The position numbers and the translations under genes were made by a program. This document shows positions 1 through 10,958 of a stretch of DNA of 64,000 nucleotides, in pieces; within the stretch, counting starts at the first letter, position 1; each line of letters begins with the position of its first letter. The notes beneath the pieces are model-generated. The model was given only the letters and a program-made list of their open reading frames with translations. It was not told where the DNA came from and ran no database searches. The stretch comes from Lachnospiraceae bacterium. Its GTDB lineage: Bacteria; Bacillota; Clostridia; Lachnospirales; Lachnospiraceae. Location of the stretch: the NCBI GenBank assembly GCA_024405155.1, contig JAKSPC010000003.1, positions 24,846 through 88,845 of the forward strand. The letters are read 5' to 3'.

Positions 1-2608
1 ATGCGGGGCCCTGTCCCTTTGCGTTCACGGTGTAAGGAGTTGACGGTGATGAGTTGCCCCAGATGGAGGAGCAGCCGGTAGCGTTTGCAATGTACATTCT
101 CTCGCCAAACAGCTGAGTGATGAGCTTTGCGTACGGAGTCTCGCCGCAGCCTGCGCATGCGCCTGAGAACTCAAACAGAGGAGTCTTGAACTGAGATCCC
201 TTAACGGTGGTCTCTTTGAACTTCTCAATAACTTCTGCCTTCTCGGGAAGAGTTACGGCATAGTCAAAGCCAGCCTGCTGATAAGCACCGTCAGCCTGCG
301 GAACCATGGTAAGTGCCTTTTCCTTGGCGATACATACGTTAGCGCAGGCGCCGCATCCGGTACAGTCAAGTGCGGAAACGGTGATGGCGAACTTCATGCC
401 GGGCATTCCGGTAAGATCCTTGATCTGCATGTCCTTGGGTGCCTTCTTGGCTTCCGCTTCGGTCATTGCTACCGGGCGAACTGCTGCATGCGGGCAGACA
501 AGTGAACAGAAGTTACATCCGATACACTTGGATGCATCCCATGCGGGAACGTTAACGGCGATGCCTCTCTTCTCGAATGCTGCTGCACCGGAGGGAGTGG
601 AACCGTCTACATACTCAAGGAATGCGGATACAGGCAGGTTCTTTCCTTCCTGTGCATTTACCTTGGACTGGATGTTGTTAACGAAATCAACAACGTCCTT
701 TCTCTTGCCCTTGGCGGTCGGATAATCAAGACCTTCGTCCTTTGCCTTCTTCCAGGAAGCGGGAACCTTTACCTTAACAACGTTCTTTGCACCTGCATCG
801 ATAGCTGCCCAGTTGGTCTTAACGACTTCCTCGCCCTTGCGGCCGTAGGTCTTCTTTGCAGCTTCCTTCATGAGGTCAAGAGCCTTCTTCTCCGGAATGA
901 TGCCGGTAAGCTTGAAGAATGCGGACTGAAGGATGGTATTGATACGTGTCGGGCCCATGCCGGTCTCGATACCAAGCTTTACAGCGTCGATGGTGTAGAA
1001 CTGAATGTCATTTTCAGCGATGTACTTCTTTACCTGTCCGGGAAGCTTTTTCTCAAGCTCTTTTTCATCCCACGGGCAGTTAAGAAGGAATGTTCCGCCG
1101 GGAACCAGTTCCTGTACCATGTTGTACTTTCTGATGTACTCGGGCTTGTGGCATGCCACGAAGTTTGCGGTGGTGATCAGATATGTGGAATGGATGGGAT
1201 CCTTACCGAAACGAAGGTGAGACATGGTAACGCCGCCTGACTTCTTGGAGTCATAGTCGAAGTATGCCTGTGAATACATCTTCGTATTGTCGCCGATGAT
1301 CTTGCAGGAGTTCTTGTTTGCACCTACGGTACCGTCGGCACCGATGCCCCAGAACTTGCAGTTGGTGGTTCCTGCGGGAGTGGTAACAAGGTTCGGACCA
1401 AGCTTCAGGGAAAGACCGGTCACGTCATCTTCGATACCGATGGTGAACTGCTTCCTGGTCTTGTTGTTGAATACAGCAACGATCTGGTTGGGAGCGGTAT
1501 CCTTGGAACCAAGGCCGTAACGTCCGGAGAATACCGGAACATCCTTGAACCTGGAATCCTTAAGAGCTGCCACTACGTCAAGCCACAGGGGCTCGCCGAG
1601 AGCGCCGGGCTCCTTGGTCCTGTCGAGGACCTGGATCCTCTTCACAGTCTTGGGAAGAGCTGCGATGAGAGCCTTTGCGGAGAAAGGTCTGTACAGGCGG
1701 ACCTTGATCACGCCGACCTTCTTGCCCTTCTTCATCAGGTAATCAACGGTCTCCTGAATGGTCTCGTTTACGGAACCCATGGCGATGATAACGACTTCCG
1801 CATCCTTTGCGCCATAGTAGTTGAAGAGTTTATACTTGGTGCCAAGCTTCTTGTTGACCTTGTCCATGTAGCTCTGTACGATCTCGGGAAGAGCGTCGTA
1901 AGCGCCGTTGCATGCCTCACGTGCCTGGAAGAAAATATCGGGGTTCTGCGCAGAACCTCTCTGGCAGGGATGGTTGGGGTTAAGGGCGTGATCACGGAAA
2001 GCCTGAACGGCGTCCATGTCTACCATTTCCTTAAGGTCTTCATAATCCCATGCTTCGATCTTCTGGATCTCGTGAGAAGTACGGAAACCGTCAAAGAAGT
2101 TGATGAACGGAACCTTGCCCTTGATGGCAGCACAGTGTGCTACGGGAGTAAGGTCCATGACTTCCTGTACGGAGGATGAGCAAAGCATAGCGCAGCCGGT
2201 CTGACGGCATGCGTAAACATCGGAATGATCTCCGAAAATGGAAAGAGCGTGTGTTGCAACCGCACGAGCGGAAACATCGAATACTCCGGGGAGCTGCTCG
2301 CCGGCGATCTTATACAGGTTGGGGATCATCAGAAGAAGACCCTGGGAAGCGGTATAGGTCGTGGTAAGAGCACCTGCTGAAAGCATACCGTGAACAGCGC
2401 CTGCTGCGCCGGCTTCGGACTGCATCTCAGTGATCTGTACGGGAGTACCGAAAATATTCTGTCTTCCGTCAGTAGCCCACTCATCGGTATACTCCGGCAT
2501 AACGGATGAGGGGGTGATGGGGAACATAGCTGCTACTTCTGTAAATGCATAAGAAGCATGTGCGGCAGCCTGGTTACCATCCATGGTAATCATTTTTCTT
2601 TTTGCCAT
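1..2608 (-). CDS. nifJ: pyruvate:ferredoxin (flavodoxin) oxidoreductase, N-terminal ~869 codons (3' end outside window)
   Basis: Minus-strand frame is open from ATG at 2608 (GGAGG ~9 nt upstream) to the window edge. My translation starts MAKRKMITMDGNQAAAHASYAFTEV. It contains two ferredoxin-type Cys clusters (CIGCNFCSLVCP, CTGCGACANVC) and the TPP-domain motif GCGETPY. It is absent from the ORF track because the stop lies outside the window. Confidence 0.93.
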   Translation of the reverse strand, partial: MAKRKMITMDGNQAAAHASYAFTEVAAMFPITPSSVMPEYTDEWATDGRQNIFGTPVQITEMQSEAGAAGAVHGMLSAGALTTTYTASQGLLLMIPNLYKIAGEQLPGVFDVSARAVATHALSIFGDHSDVYACRQTGCAMLCSSSVQEVMDLTPVAHCAAIKGKVPFINFFDGFRTSHEIQKIEAWDYEDLKEMVDMDAVQAFRDHALNPNHPCQRGSAQNPDIFFQAREACNGAYDALPEIVQSYMDKVNKKLGTKYKLFNYYGAKDAEVVIIAMGSVNETIQETVDYLMKKGKKVGVIKVRLYRPFSAKALIAALPKTVKRIQVLDRTKEPGALGEPLWLDVVAALKDSRFKDVPVFSGRYGLGSKDTAPNQIVAVFNNKTRKQFTIGIEDDVTGLSLKLGPNLVTTPAGTTNCKFWGIGADGTVGANKNSCKIIGDNTKMYSQAYFDYDSKKSGGVTMSHLRFGKDPIHSTYLITTANFVACHKPEYIRKYNMVQELVPGGTFLLNCPWDEKELEKKLPGQVKKYIAENDIQFYTIDAVKLGIETGMGPTRINTILQSAFFKLTGIIPEKKALDLMKEAAKKTYGRKGEEVVKTNWAAIDAGAKNVVKVKVPASWKKAKDEGLDYPTAKGKRKDVVDFVNNIQSKVNAQEGKNLPVSAFLEYVDGSTPSGAAAFEKRGIAVNVPAWDASKCIGCNFCSLVCPHAAVRPVAMTEAEAKKAPKDMQIKDLTGMPGMKFAITVSALDCTGCGACANVCIAKEKALTMVPQADGAYQQAGFDYAVTLPEKAEVIEKFKETTVKGSQFKTPLFEFSGACAGCGETPYAKLITQLFGERMYIANATGCSSIWGNSSPSTPYTVNAKGQGPA

Positions 2609-2682
2609 CGGATAATTCCTCCTAAATATGTTAATAAAAAAGCTGCACGATTAACAGGCACAATATATGCCTTTGTACGTGA

Positions 2683-4098
2683 TTATAACAAATCTTTCCT
2701 CTGAAAACAACCTTGTATCTCAAGGAAAGTGTTTCTTTTTTCGACCAATTCATCGATGCGGCTCAGATAATTCCCAATGTCCTTTACGTTTTCAAAGCGC
2801 TTTTCCCCGAATTTCGTGGTGGATCCCGCCCCGATGCCGATGACAGGCTGTTTCTCGTCCATCATGATGATGTTGTAAAGACATTCCTTTCCGGGAACGG
2901 CATATCCGGTGTTGTCCTGATTTCCCGCCATGTTTTTCTGCCGGTACAGGTAATACGGGACCATGCCCAGGCGCCCGGCAGTCTCTGACCCCATTCTGAC
3001 CATTTCCGCTGCCTGCTGCCCTTCTGCCCTGTCAAATTCCGTCCAGGGATCATGTTCCGTGGACAGTCTTGCGGCTCTTTTTACAGCCAGGGTATGCACT
3101 GTCAGACTGTCCGGCCGCAGATCCTCCACTTCGGAAAGCGTTTTTCTCACATCCTCTGCGTCTTCCCCGGGAAGTCCCATGATCAAATCCATGTTGATAT
3201 TGTCAAAGCCGGCTTCTCTCGCCTCCCGGAAAGCCCTGACCACATCTTCTGCCGTGTGTCTCCTTCCGATCAGCGAAAGCGTTTTGTCATTCATGGTCTG
3301 AGGATTGATGCTGATCCTCTGGACGCCCAGATCTTTCATCACCAAAAGCTTTTCCGGCGTAATGCTGTCAGGTCTGCCGGATTCTACCGTAAACTCGACC
3401 CCTTCCATGTCAATGTATGTTTCAAGCAGCCGAAGGAATTTATCCAGGTCCTCTGCTTCCAGCGCCGTCGGCGTTCCGCCTCCCACATACACCGTGGCCG
3501 GGCGAAGCTTCCCCGAAGCCATTTTGGCAACGGCTTCCAGTTCCTTTTCCACACAGGAAAGGTACTCTCCGATCCGTTCCCTCCACAGGGAAACGGGATT
3601 TGAGGTAAAACTGCAGTAAAGGCATCTGGAGGGGCAGAACGGGATCCCGGCGTACAGGGAATACCACCGGTCCCCGGGGATCCTCTCCATAAGTTCCTTT
3701 TCCCTTACGGAAAGTTCCGCGCAGAGCCGGGCCTTTTCGGCGGAGAGTCTGTATTTTTCTCCGAGGATACGTGCCGTTTCTCCGGCCAGCCCCGCAGTAT
3801 TCAGGATCTTTGCGGCAAGCTTTACGGGCTTTATGCCTGTAAGCGTGCCCCAGGGAAGCTGTTTTCCCGTACGCGCCGCCAGGTGATCATACAGGATCTC
3901 TTTGATGAGTGACTTGTCTTCAAATCTTATTCCGGATAATTTTTTTCCGCTCCCCGTTACGAGGCTGTCAACATCCACTTCAAAAGAAGCCTCTGCGCCT
4001 TCTTCTCCGGTCAGTTCCTCACCGGGAAAGAAAGCCTGCAGAAGCTCTCTGATATCCTGTTCATATGTCTGATATCCGTTGTTCCTGATATAGATCAT
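2683..4098 (-). CDS. hemZ: HemN-family radical SAM protein (coproporphyrinogen dehydrogenase HemZ-like)
   Basis: 471-aa ORF with radical-SAM CxxxCxxC (CPSRCLYCSF) and HemN-like length and layout. Its start overlaps the relA stop (ATGA). Confidence 0.8.
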   Translation of the reverse strand: MIYIRNNGYQTYEQDIRELLQAFFPGEELTGEEGAEASFEVDVDSLVTGSGKKLSGIRFEDKSLIKEILYDHLAARTGKQLPWGTLTGIKPVKLAAKILNTAGLAGETARILGEKYRLSAEKARLCAELSVREKELMERIPGDRWYSLYAGIPFCPSRCLYCSFTSNPVSLWRERIGEYLSCVEKELEAVAKMASGKLRPATVYVGGGTPTALEAEDLDKFLRLLETYIDMEGVEFTVESGRPDSITPEKLLVMKDLGVQRISINPQTMNDKTLSLIGRRHTAEDVVRAFREAREAGFDNINMDLIMGLPGEDAEDVRKTLSEVEDLRPDSLTVHTLAVKRAARLSTEHDPWTEFDRAEGQQAAEMVRMGSETAGRLGMVPYYLYRQKNMAGNQDNTGYAVPGKECLYNIIMMDEKQPVIGIGAGSTTKFGEKRFENVKDIGNYLSRIDELVEKRNTFLEIQGCFQRKDLL

Positions 4099-6455
4099 CC
4101 CACTGACCTTTCCACATCGACCACGCCGGGGATCTGCCGGAGTTTCTCGATCAGCCGGTTCAGTTCCTCTTTTCCTTTGGTTTCAAAATCGATGGTCAGC
4201 GTGCCGGTGCCGTTCCTGGCATTCTTTACGCTGATGGAGGTAATGTCGATCTGTTCTTCCGTAAATACCCTTGATACGTCGACCACCATGCCCATACGGT
4301 TTTTGCAGTAAAGATTCAGGGACGCAGAATACCTGCTGCCGCCGGTCTCCTCTGTGCTCTCCCATTCCGCTTCAATGAGGCGGTTCCTTTCTTCCGGCGG
4401 AAGACCGATCATGTTGACGCAATCCGTTCTGTGGATGGTCACGCCTCTTCCCCTGGTCACGAATCCCACGATCTCGTCGCCGGGTACGGGGTTGCAGCAG
4501 TGTGCATAATGAACGGAAACGTCACGGATCCCGCGGATGGTGATCCCGCCGCCGGCATTCTTCCGCTGGCTTCGTCCGGAAGTTTCCTTCTCCACGGCTT
4601 CGCGGATGATGTCCTCATCCGTCATATTGGCAGCGTCGTCTTTCCGTTTGGCTTCCTGAAGCTTTGCCACTACCTGCCCCTCTTTGAGGGCGCCGTGTCC
4701 GATGGCCGCCAGGACACTTTCCCAGTCCTTCAGCGCGTATTTCTTGAGCACGGCATCCACGTACTCCGGCTTCATCAGTTCCTGCTGATTGTATGCCTTC
4801 GTTTTGCAGTAGTTTGCCACGGCATCCCGGCCCTTTATGATATTGTCTTCCTTGTGTTCCGTCTTGAACCAGGCATTGATCTTGTTCTTTGCCTGGGTGG
4901 ACTTCACGATGTTGAGCCAGTCCATGGAAGGTCCCTTGGAGTTCTGGCTGGTAATGATATCTACCTGATCGCCGTTCTGGATCACGTAATCGATGGGGAC
5001 CAGTTTTCCGTTGACCCTGGCTCCCACCATGCGGTTGCCCACGGCGGTATGCACCAGGTAGGCGAAATCAATGGGCGTGGAACCGAGGGGAAGCTGTTTC
5101 ACTTCTCCTTTCGGCGTAAAGCAGTATACTTCATCCGACATCAGATTGAGGTCGGATTTGACCATGTCCAGAAACTCCGTGCCGGATTCCGAATCCTGAT
5201 TGAATTCCAGCACCTGACGGAGCCAGTTCATCTTTTCCAGCTCTTTGCCGTCCGCCGCTTTTTCGGAGCCGTGCTCCTTATAGTTCCAGTGGGCCGCGAT
5301 ACCATATTCCGCCGTCATGTGCATCTCAAAGGTGCGGATCTGGATCTCAAAGGGAGTTCCGTCTTTGCCGATCAGCGTGGTATGCAGTGACTGATACCGG
5401 TTGGGCTTCGGCATGGCGATATAGTCCTTGAATCTTCCGGGAATGGGTTTATACATCTCGTGGATCACGCCCAGTGCCGCGTAACAGTCCTTCACGGTAT
5501 CCACCAGGATACGGACAGCGAACAGATCGTAGATTTCATCCAGATTCTTGTTCTGCTTGATCATCTTTTTGTAGATGGAGAAGAAATGCTTCACTCTTCC
5601 CACTACCGTTGCCTTGATCCCCGCTTCTTTCAGGTGCGTAGATACCTCACGGACGATCCCGGTAATGAACGCATCCCTTTCCTCGCGCTTTAAAGAGATC
5701 TTTTCCACCAGCTGATCGTAGATCTCCGGCTCCAGGTACTTTAAGGAAAGGTCATCCAGTTCCACCTTCATCTTGCTGATACCCAGTCTGTCAGCGATGG
5801 GGGAATAGATGTCCAGTGTCTCCGTTGCCTTTTCGATCTGTTTTTCTCTCGACTGATACTGAAGTGTCCTTAAGTTGTGCAGACGGTCCGCCAGCTTCAC
5901 GATCACAACACGGATGTCCTTTGCCATGGCCAGGAACATTTTCCTTAAGTTCTCCGCCTGCATCTCGATCTTGGATTTATCGTAGTTTATGTTGGTCAGC
6001 TTGGTGACGCCGTCCACCAGAAGCGCCGCTTCCGGTCCGAATTCCTGCTCGATCTCTGAAAGCTGCACGCCGGTATCCTCTACCACGTCATGCAGCAGAG
6101 CCGCCACGATGGTGGGCGTATCCATTCCCATGCCCACCAGGATGATGGCCACGCAAAGGGGATGGATGATATACGGTTCTCCTGACCTTCTCTTCTGATC
6201 CTTGTGATGTTCTGCCGCGAAACGGTAGGCTTTTTCCACCACCCCCACGTCTTCCGGCGAGTGATCTTCGGAGAATTTACTGATCAGTTCTTCATGAAGC
6301 TCCTCGGGACCGGCATCCGGCTTAAGCTCCGCCAGTCCGTTGGACATGGCCTTGATCTTGTCTTTGTCCAGCGCAAAAGAAGAACCGATATCTGTGTCGA
6401 TACCGGCTTTTCTGTGTTCTTCCTGTATATTGTTGTAATTCTTTTTTTCTTCCAT
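4095..6455 (-). CDS. relA: bifunctional (p)ppGpp synthetase/hydrolase (long RSH, Rel/RelA)
   Basis: 786-aa ORF. HD hydrolase motifs (GEPYIIHPL, LLHDVVEDT, ADRLHNLRTL), synthetase core (PIPGRFKDYIAMPKPNRYQSLHTT), a TGS region and a C-terminal ACT-like domain. Confidence 0.95.
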   Translation of the reverse strand: MEEKKNYNNIQEEHRKAGIDTDIGSSFALDKDKIKAMSNGLAELKPDAGPEELHEELISKFSEDHSPEDVGVVEKAYRFAAEHHKDQKRRSGEPYIIHPLCVAIILVGMGMDTPTIVAALLHDVVEDTGVQLSEIEQEFGPEAALLVDGVTKLTNINYDKSKIEMQAENLRKMFLAMAKDIRVVIVKLADRLHNLRTLQYQSREKQIEKATETLDIYSPIADRLGISKMKVELDDLSLKYLEPEIYDQLVEKISLKREERDAFITGIVREVSTHLKEAGIKATVVGRVKHFFSIYKKMIKQNKNLDEIYDLFAVRILVDTVKDCYAALGVIHEMYKPIPGRFKDYIAMPKPNRYQSLHTTLIGKDGTPFEIQIRTFEMHMTAEYGIAAHWNYKEHGSEKAADGKELEKMNWLRQVLEFNQDSESGTEFLDMVKSDLNLMSDEVYCFTPKGEVKQLPLGSTPIDFAYLVHTAVGNRMVGARVNGKLVPIDYVIQNGDQVDIITSQNSKGPSMDWLNIVKSTQAKNKINAWFKTEHKEDNIIKGRDAVANYCKTKAYNQQELMKPEYVDAVLKKYALKDWESVLAAIGHGALKEGQVVAKLQEAKRKDDAANMTDEDIIREAVEKETSGRSQRKNAGGGITIRGIRDVSVHYAHCCNPVPGDEIVGFVTRGRGVTIHRTDCVNMIGLPPEERNRLIEAEWESTEETGGSRYSASLNLYCKNRMGMVVDVSRVFTEEQIDITSISVKNARNGTGTLTIDFETKGKEELNRLIEKLRQIPGVVDVERSVG

Positions 6456-6458
6456 TGC

Positions 6459-8117
6459 TTACGCCTGAGGCTTAAATGAGCTCTTTAAACCAACGATCCG
6501 GTTGAATACCGGTCTTCCGTCTTCGGAATCACGGCAGTCCACGTTAAAGAATCCGTTTCTCACGAACTGGAAACTGTCGAAAGGCTTCGCGTCCTTCAGA
6601 GAAGACTCCAGCTTGCAGTGCTCAAGGATCGTCCTGGAATTGGGGTTCAGGTTGAGTGTGCCGTCCGCATTGAGCTTTCCCTTTTCCTCATCCACCAGGT
6701 TCTCGTAAAGGCGTACCGTGGCATCCAGACAGTCATCCGCTGACACCCAGTGAATGGTGCCTTTCACTTTTCTGGTCTCCTGCCCCGATTTCTGGGTGGG
6801 ATCATACTCTGCGTGGATCACGGTAACGTTTCCGTCCGCATCTTTCTCACATCCGGTGCACTTTGCATAATAGGCGCCCATGAGACGGACCTCGTTGCCG
6901 GGGAACATGCGGAAATATTTGTGTGCGGGCACTTCCATGAAGTCTTCCTGCTCGATGTAAAGCTCCCGGCCGAAAGTCACCTTTCTGGTCCCCATCTCCG
7001 GCACTTCCAGATTGAGCGGGATCTCCACTTCCTCGGTCTGTCCTTCCGGATAATTGTCCAGAATGAGTTTCACGGGATGAAGCACCGCCATGAGTCTGGG
7101 GGCTTTCAGCTTCAGGTCGTCACGGATGCAGTATTCCAGCATGTCCAGATCGCAGCTGGAATCCGCCTTGGAAAGTCCGGCCAGTTCCACGAACTTCTTG
7201 ATGGAATCCGGGGTGTATCCTCTTCTTCTCAAGGCAGCGATAGTGACCAGTCTGGGATCGTCCCAGCCGTCAACGATGCCGTCTTCCACCAGTTTCTTGA
7301 TGTATCTCTTGCCCGTCACCACGTTTGTCAGATACATCTTTGCAAATTCGATCTGACGGGGCGGATTCTCATACTCACACTCGGTCACGAACCAGTTGTA
7401 AAGCGGCCTGTGTGCCTCAAACTCCAGCGTACAGCAGGAATGCGTGATGCCTTCGATGGCGTCTTCAATGGGATGTGCAAAGTCATAGAGCGGATAGATG
7501 CACCACTTGTCGCCGGTGTTATGATGGGTCAGACGTGCGATACGGTATACGACCGGGTCACGCATGTTGATATTGCCTGCCGCCATGTCGATGCGCGCTC
7601 TCAGGACCTTGGAGCCATCCTCAAATTCCCCGTTCTTCATTCTCTGGAACAGATCCAGGTTTTCCTCAATGGTCCTGTTTCTGCCGGGGTCTTCCTTTCC
7701 GGGGGTCACGAAATCACCGCGGGTGGCAGTGATCTCCTCTGCGGAAAGATCGGAAACGTAGGCCTTTCCTTTCTTAATGAGAAGGATGGCTTTTTCGTAC
7801 ATCTCATCGAAATAATCCGACGCAAAATACAGACGATCTTCAAAATCGGCTCCCAGCCACTTTACGTCAGCAATGATGGACTGGACGAATTCCGTCTTTT
7901 CCTTCATGGGATTGGTGTCATCGAATCGCAGATTGAACTTTCCGTTATACTTCTGTGCAAGGCCATAGTTGGTAAGGATAGCCTTGGCGTGTCCGATGTG
8001 AAGGTAACCGTTGGGCTCCGGAGGAAAACGGGTATGTACATGATCATAGACACCCTCTGCCAGATCCTTGTCGATCTCACGTTCAATAAAGTTTTTTGCT
8101 GTCATTTCTTCTGCCAT
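6459..8117 (-). CDS. glnS: glutamine--tRNA ligase
   Basis: 552-aa ORF with GlnRS-type HIGH region ([16 protein letters not shown]). GGAGGG sits 7 nt upstream of the ATG. There is no room for a T-box leader (62-nt gap). Confidence 0.92.
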   Translation of the reverse strand: MAEEMTAKNFIEREIDKDLAEGVYDHVHTRFPPEPNGYLHIGHAKAILTNYGLAQKYNGKFNLRFDDTNPMKEKTEFVQSIIADVKWLGADFEDRLYFASDYFDEMYEKAILLIKKGKAYVSDLSAEEITATRGDFVTPGKEDPGRNRTIEENLDLFQRMKNGEFEDGSKVLRARIDMAAGNINMRDPVVYRIARLTHHNTGDKWCIYPLYDFAHPIEDAIEGITHSCCTLEFEAHRPLYNWFVTECEYENPPRQIEFAKMYLTNVVTGKRYIKKLVEDGIVDGWDDPRLVTIAALRRRGYTPDSIKKFVELAGLSKADSSCDLDMLEYCIRDDLKLKAPRLMAVLHPVKLILDNYPEGQTEEVEIPLNLEVPEMGTRKVTFGRELYIEQEDFMEVPAHKYFRMFPGNEVRLMGAYYAKCTGCEKDADGNVTVIHAEYDPTQKSGQETRKVKGTIHWVSADDCLDATVRLYENLVDEEKGKLNADGTLNLNPNSRTILEHCKLESSLKDAKPFDSFQFVRNGFFNVDCRDSEDGRPVFNRIVGLKSSFKPQA

Positions 8118-8179
8118 GGAAGATCCCTCCGTGCCGGCCTTTCCCGGACCTTATAAAATAATGCTTTATTATAACAATT

Positions 8180-8929
8180 TTACTTTTTTCCTGCAAGTCT
8201 TTGCCGTACGATTTCAAAAGCAAGGACTCCCGCCGCCACCGAAGCATTCAGGGAATCGATATCTCCCTTCATGGGGATGGAGGCGACCATGTCGCAGTTT
8301 TTTTTCACCAGCTGGGACACGCCCTTTCCTTCATTGCCGATCACCAGTCCGATGGGCCCCGTCAGATCCAGCCGGTACATGGTCTCACCGCCCATGTCCG
8401 CACATACGAACCACATGCCGGCATCCTTCAGTTTTTTGATGGTCTCCGTCATGTTGGTGACCTTGGCAACGGGCGTATAATTGATGGCGCCGGCGCTTGC
8501 CTTTGCCACAGTTGCCGTAAGGCTTACTGCCCTGTCCTCCCGGATCACCACGCCATGGGCACCGGCAAGATTTGCCGTACGGATGATGGCGCCCAGATTG
8601 TGCGGATCCTCAATACCGTCCAGAAGGATAAGAAACGGTGCCTCATTCTTTCGTGCCGCCGCTTCCAGCATGTCTTCCACCTCTGCGTAATCGTAAGCGG
8701 CGCAGACGGCGACAGCACCCTGATGCTTTCCCGTTTCGCTCATGGCATCCAGCTGCTCCTTTTTCACGAACTTTATTTTGCATTCCGGATGCGCTTTCGC
8801 TTCTTTTAAGATCGTTCCCAGTGCATTGTCACGGGCACCGTCAAGAAGAAACACCTTGTCTACGCTTCTGCCGCTCCGCAGGGCTTCCAGCACGGGATTT
8901 CTTCCCTCTATCGTAAATTCCGTATACAT
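8180..8929 (-). CDS. rlmB: TrmH/SpoU-family 23S rRNA 2'-O-ribose methyltransferase (RlmB-like)
   Basis: SpoU-type motifs (LDGIEDPHNLGAIIRTA, LVIGNEGKGVS, SLNASVAAGV). Start moved to the ATG at 8929 (MYTEFTIEG), which has GGCGAGG 6 nt upstream. Confidence 0.85.
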   Translation of the reverse strand: MYTEFTIEGRNPVLEALRSGRSVDKVFLLDGARDNALGTILKEAKAHPECKIKFVKKEQLDAMSETGKHQGAVAVCAAYDYAEVEDMLEAAARKNEAPFLILLDGIEDPHNLGAIIRTANLAGAHGVVIREDRAVSLTATVAKASAGAINYTPVAKVTNMTETIKKLKDAGMWFVCADMGGETMYRLDLTGPIGLVIGNEGKGVSQLVKKNCDMVASIPMKGDIDSLNASVAAGVLAFEIVRQRLAGKK

Positions 8930-8954
8930 AATTGACCTCGCCTGAAAATTTCTA

Positions 8955-8963
8955 TGGTATAAT
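8955..8963 (+). promoter_or_regulatory. candidate extended -10 promoter (TGGTATAAT) for trmO
   Basis: TGnTATAAT match about 33 nt upstream of the trmO ATG, inside a 66-nt divergent intergenic region. Confidence 0.4.
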
Positions 8964-8995
8964 AACACAAAATTTCAGTATTGGAAAGAATCGCC

Positions 8996-9688
8996 ATGGA
9001 AATACGTCCCATCGCACACATTCATACAGACTTTCCCTCAAAGTTCGGCATTCCCCGCCAGGCGTGTCTGATCCCGGAGCTTTTGGGCACCATCACTTTT
9101 GAGCCGGAATTCGCTCAGCCGGAAGCCGTACGCGGTCTGGAAGGCTTTGATTACCTGTGGCTTCTGTGGGATTTTTCCCTGGAACACCGGGACAGCTTCA
9201 AGGCGACCACCCGGCCGCCGCGGCTTGGCGGAAAGCTCTCCACCGGTGTGTTTGCCGCCAGATCTCCTTTCCATCCCAACAGCATCGGTCTCTCCAGTGT
9301 GAGGCTCCTTTCCGTGGACTATACGGAGAAAGGTCCTCTGCTTACCGTTTCCGGCGTGGATATGGCAGACGGCACGCCGATCTATGACATCAAGCCCTAC
9401 GTTCCCTTTGTGGATTCCCATCCGGATGCCAGAGGAGGATTCGTGGATGACGTTCTCTGGGAGGAACTTTCCGTGGAGGATCCCAATGATCTCATAGGCA
9501 GGAGCAGTCTTTCAGAGATCCGCAAAGCAGCCCTCCTTAAGATCCTAAAGGAAGATCCCCGTCCCCGTTTCGACATAAAGCCGGAAAGCGACAGGGTATA
9601 CGGCTTTTATTTTGCCGGATTTGACGTGCGCTTTACGGTAAACGGCGGAACGCTTTTCGTAAAGGAACTGATACCTCAGAAATCGTGA
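8996..9688 (+). CDS. trmO: tRNA (t6A37-N6)-methyltransferase TrmO (TsaA/YaeB family)
   Basis: N-terminus MEIRPIAHIHTDFPSKFGIPRQ and the FDYLWLLW segment are typical of the TsaA/YaeB family. Start set at the first ATG in the frame. Confidence 0.83.
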   Translation: MEIRPIAHIHTDFPSKFGIPRQACLIPELLGTITFEPEFAQPEAVRGLEGFDYLWLLWDFSLEHRDSFKATTRPPRLGGKLSTGVFAARSPFHPNSIGLSSVRLLSVDYTEKGPLLTVSGVDMADGTPIYDIKPYVPFVDSHPDARGGFVDDVLWEELSVEDPNDLIGRSSLSEIRKAALLKILKEDPRPRFDIKPESDRVYGFYFAGFDVRFTVNGGTLFVKELIPQKS

Positions 9689-9700
9689 TGACCGCCCTGC

Positions 9701-10804
9701 TCAGCAGGAAACAAGTTCCTTCACCAGCTGACCGGCTTTGATCAGATCCTTTACGTACTGCATTTCTTCCGTAGTATGGTTTTTCATATATCCGACAGCC
9801 ACGCCCACGCATTCGATCCCGTTTTCGTTTATCAGGTTGGCATCCATGCCGCCGCCTCCGATCTCCGTCTCTGATCGGAAACCGCATTTTTCAAAAGCCT
9901 CTTTCAGACGCAAAAGGCATCTGCCGTCCTCAAAAACGCGGAAGGAACCATGGTTCGGCCGCACTTCGAAATCAAAGGTAAGGCCCGTGTCTTTCAGTTT
10001 TTCCGCGAGATGCTTTTTCACATATTCTTCGTAAGACTTCACTTTTTCGTCGCAATGGCTCCTTACTTCTCCATGTACTTCCGCAAGGTCGCAGACCACA
10101 TTCGTCACCTGTCCTGCCGTGATCACGGACCAGTTGGCCGTGGTCTCATTGTCCAGCCTGCCTTCCCGGATGTCACAGAGCACGTTTGCCGCACCTTTTA
10201 AGGCATTGAGCCCCTTTTCCGGTTCGTTTCCCGCATGGGCTTTTTTACCGTGTACACGAAAAACAAGCTCTTCGATCTTCGGGGCGCCTGTGACGATCCT
10301 GCCGATCCGGCCCGAAGAATCCATGCAATAGGCTTCCTTCGCGTGAACTTTGGAAAAGTCAAAATTCCGACTGCCCTTAAGCTTCACTTCCTCACTGATG
10401 GTAAAGAGGATCTCTATCTCCGGATGGGGAAGGTCCTCGGCAAGTACCGCACGAACGCCATCCAGAATGGCGCAGATCCCCGCCACGTCATCGGCCGCCA
10501 GGATAGTCGATCCGTCGGTCACCATAAGGTCTCCGTCCAGGAGCGGGATGATCTCATCACCGCCGGGGACTCTGTCCATGTGTGCCGAAAGCAGTATGGG
10601 GGCCGCCGCCGCACCGTCGGAAGCCGGCAGCCGCGCAAACAGGTTGCCTGCATTTCCGCCCGTTTTTTTCCCGACATCGTCTTCCGTCACAAAAAAGCCC
10701 AGTTCCCCAAGCTTTTGTTTCAGGGCGTCCGCCATCTCTCTTTCTCCCAGCGAGGGAGAAGGGATCCGTACCAGTTCGTAGAATTCTTCCAGAATATGTT
10801 CCAT
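9701..10804 (-). CDS. M20/M25/M40-family metallopeptidase
   Basis: SAHMDRV metal-binding motif and M20-like layout. Start set at MEHILEEFY (GAGAGG 6 nt upstream). Confidence 0.72.
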   Translation of the reverse strand: MEHILEEFYELVRIPSPSLGEREMADALKQKLGELGFFVTEDDVGKKTGGNAGNLFARLPASDGAAAAPILLSAHMDRVPGGDEIIPLLDGDLMVTDGSTILAADDVAGICAILDGVRAVLAEDLPHPEIEILFTISEEVKLKGSRNFDFSKVHAKEAYCMDSSGRIGRIVTGAPKIEELVFRVHGKKAHAGNEPEKGLNALKGAANVLCDIREGRLDNETTANWSVITAGQVTNVVCDLAEVHGEVRSHCDEKVKSYEEYVKKHLAEKLKDTGLTFDFEVRPNHGSFRVFEDGRCLLRLKEAFEKCGFRSETEIGGGGMDANLINENGIECVGVAVGYMKNHTTEEMQYVKDLIKAGQLVKELVSC

Positions 10805-10958
10805 GCCCAACCTCTCTTTTTTTCGGGACCGTTGTGTTTTCTTAGAGTATATCACAAGCGCACGCGGCAGTCGTCAAAAACTTTCCCGTCTGAAGCGGTT
10901 GCAATGCGAGGCCGAAATCCTTATACTTTGAGTATCATTGCAATCTGAGGTATGCATC

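Noticed and set aside
6750-8156. 468-aa plus-strand ORF, antisense to glnS. Similar long antisense ORFs occur at 4431-5390, 15245-16456, 19068-19940, 22306-23187, 25150-26022, 42865-43629, 45544-46560 and 49053-50003.
   Set aside because: All lie antisense to strongly recognisable housekeeping genes. They have no recognisable motifs or ribosome-binding sites, and they follow the pattern expected from codon bias.
8118-8179. Search for T-box leaders or riboswitches upstream of glnS and cysS (18519), and elsewhere.
   Set aside because: The gaps are only 62 nt and 1 nt. Every intergenic gap over 100 nt in the window is already accounted for by promoters, terminators, tRNAs, CIRCE, MraZ boxes or the structures reported above.
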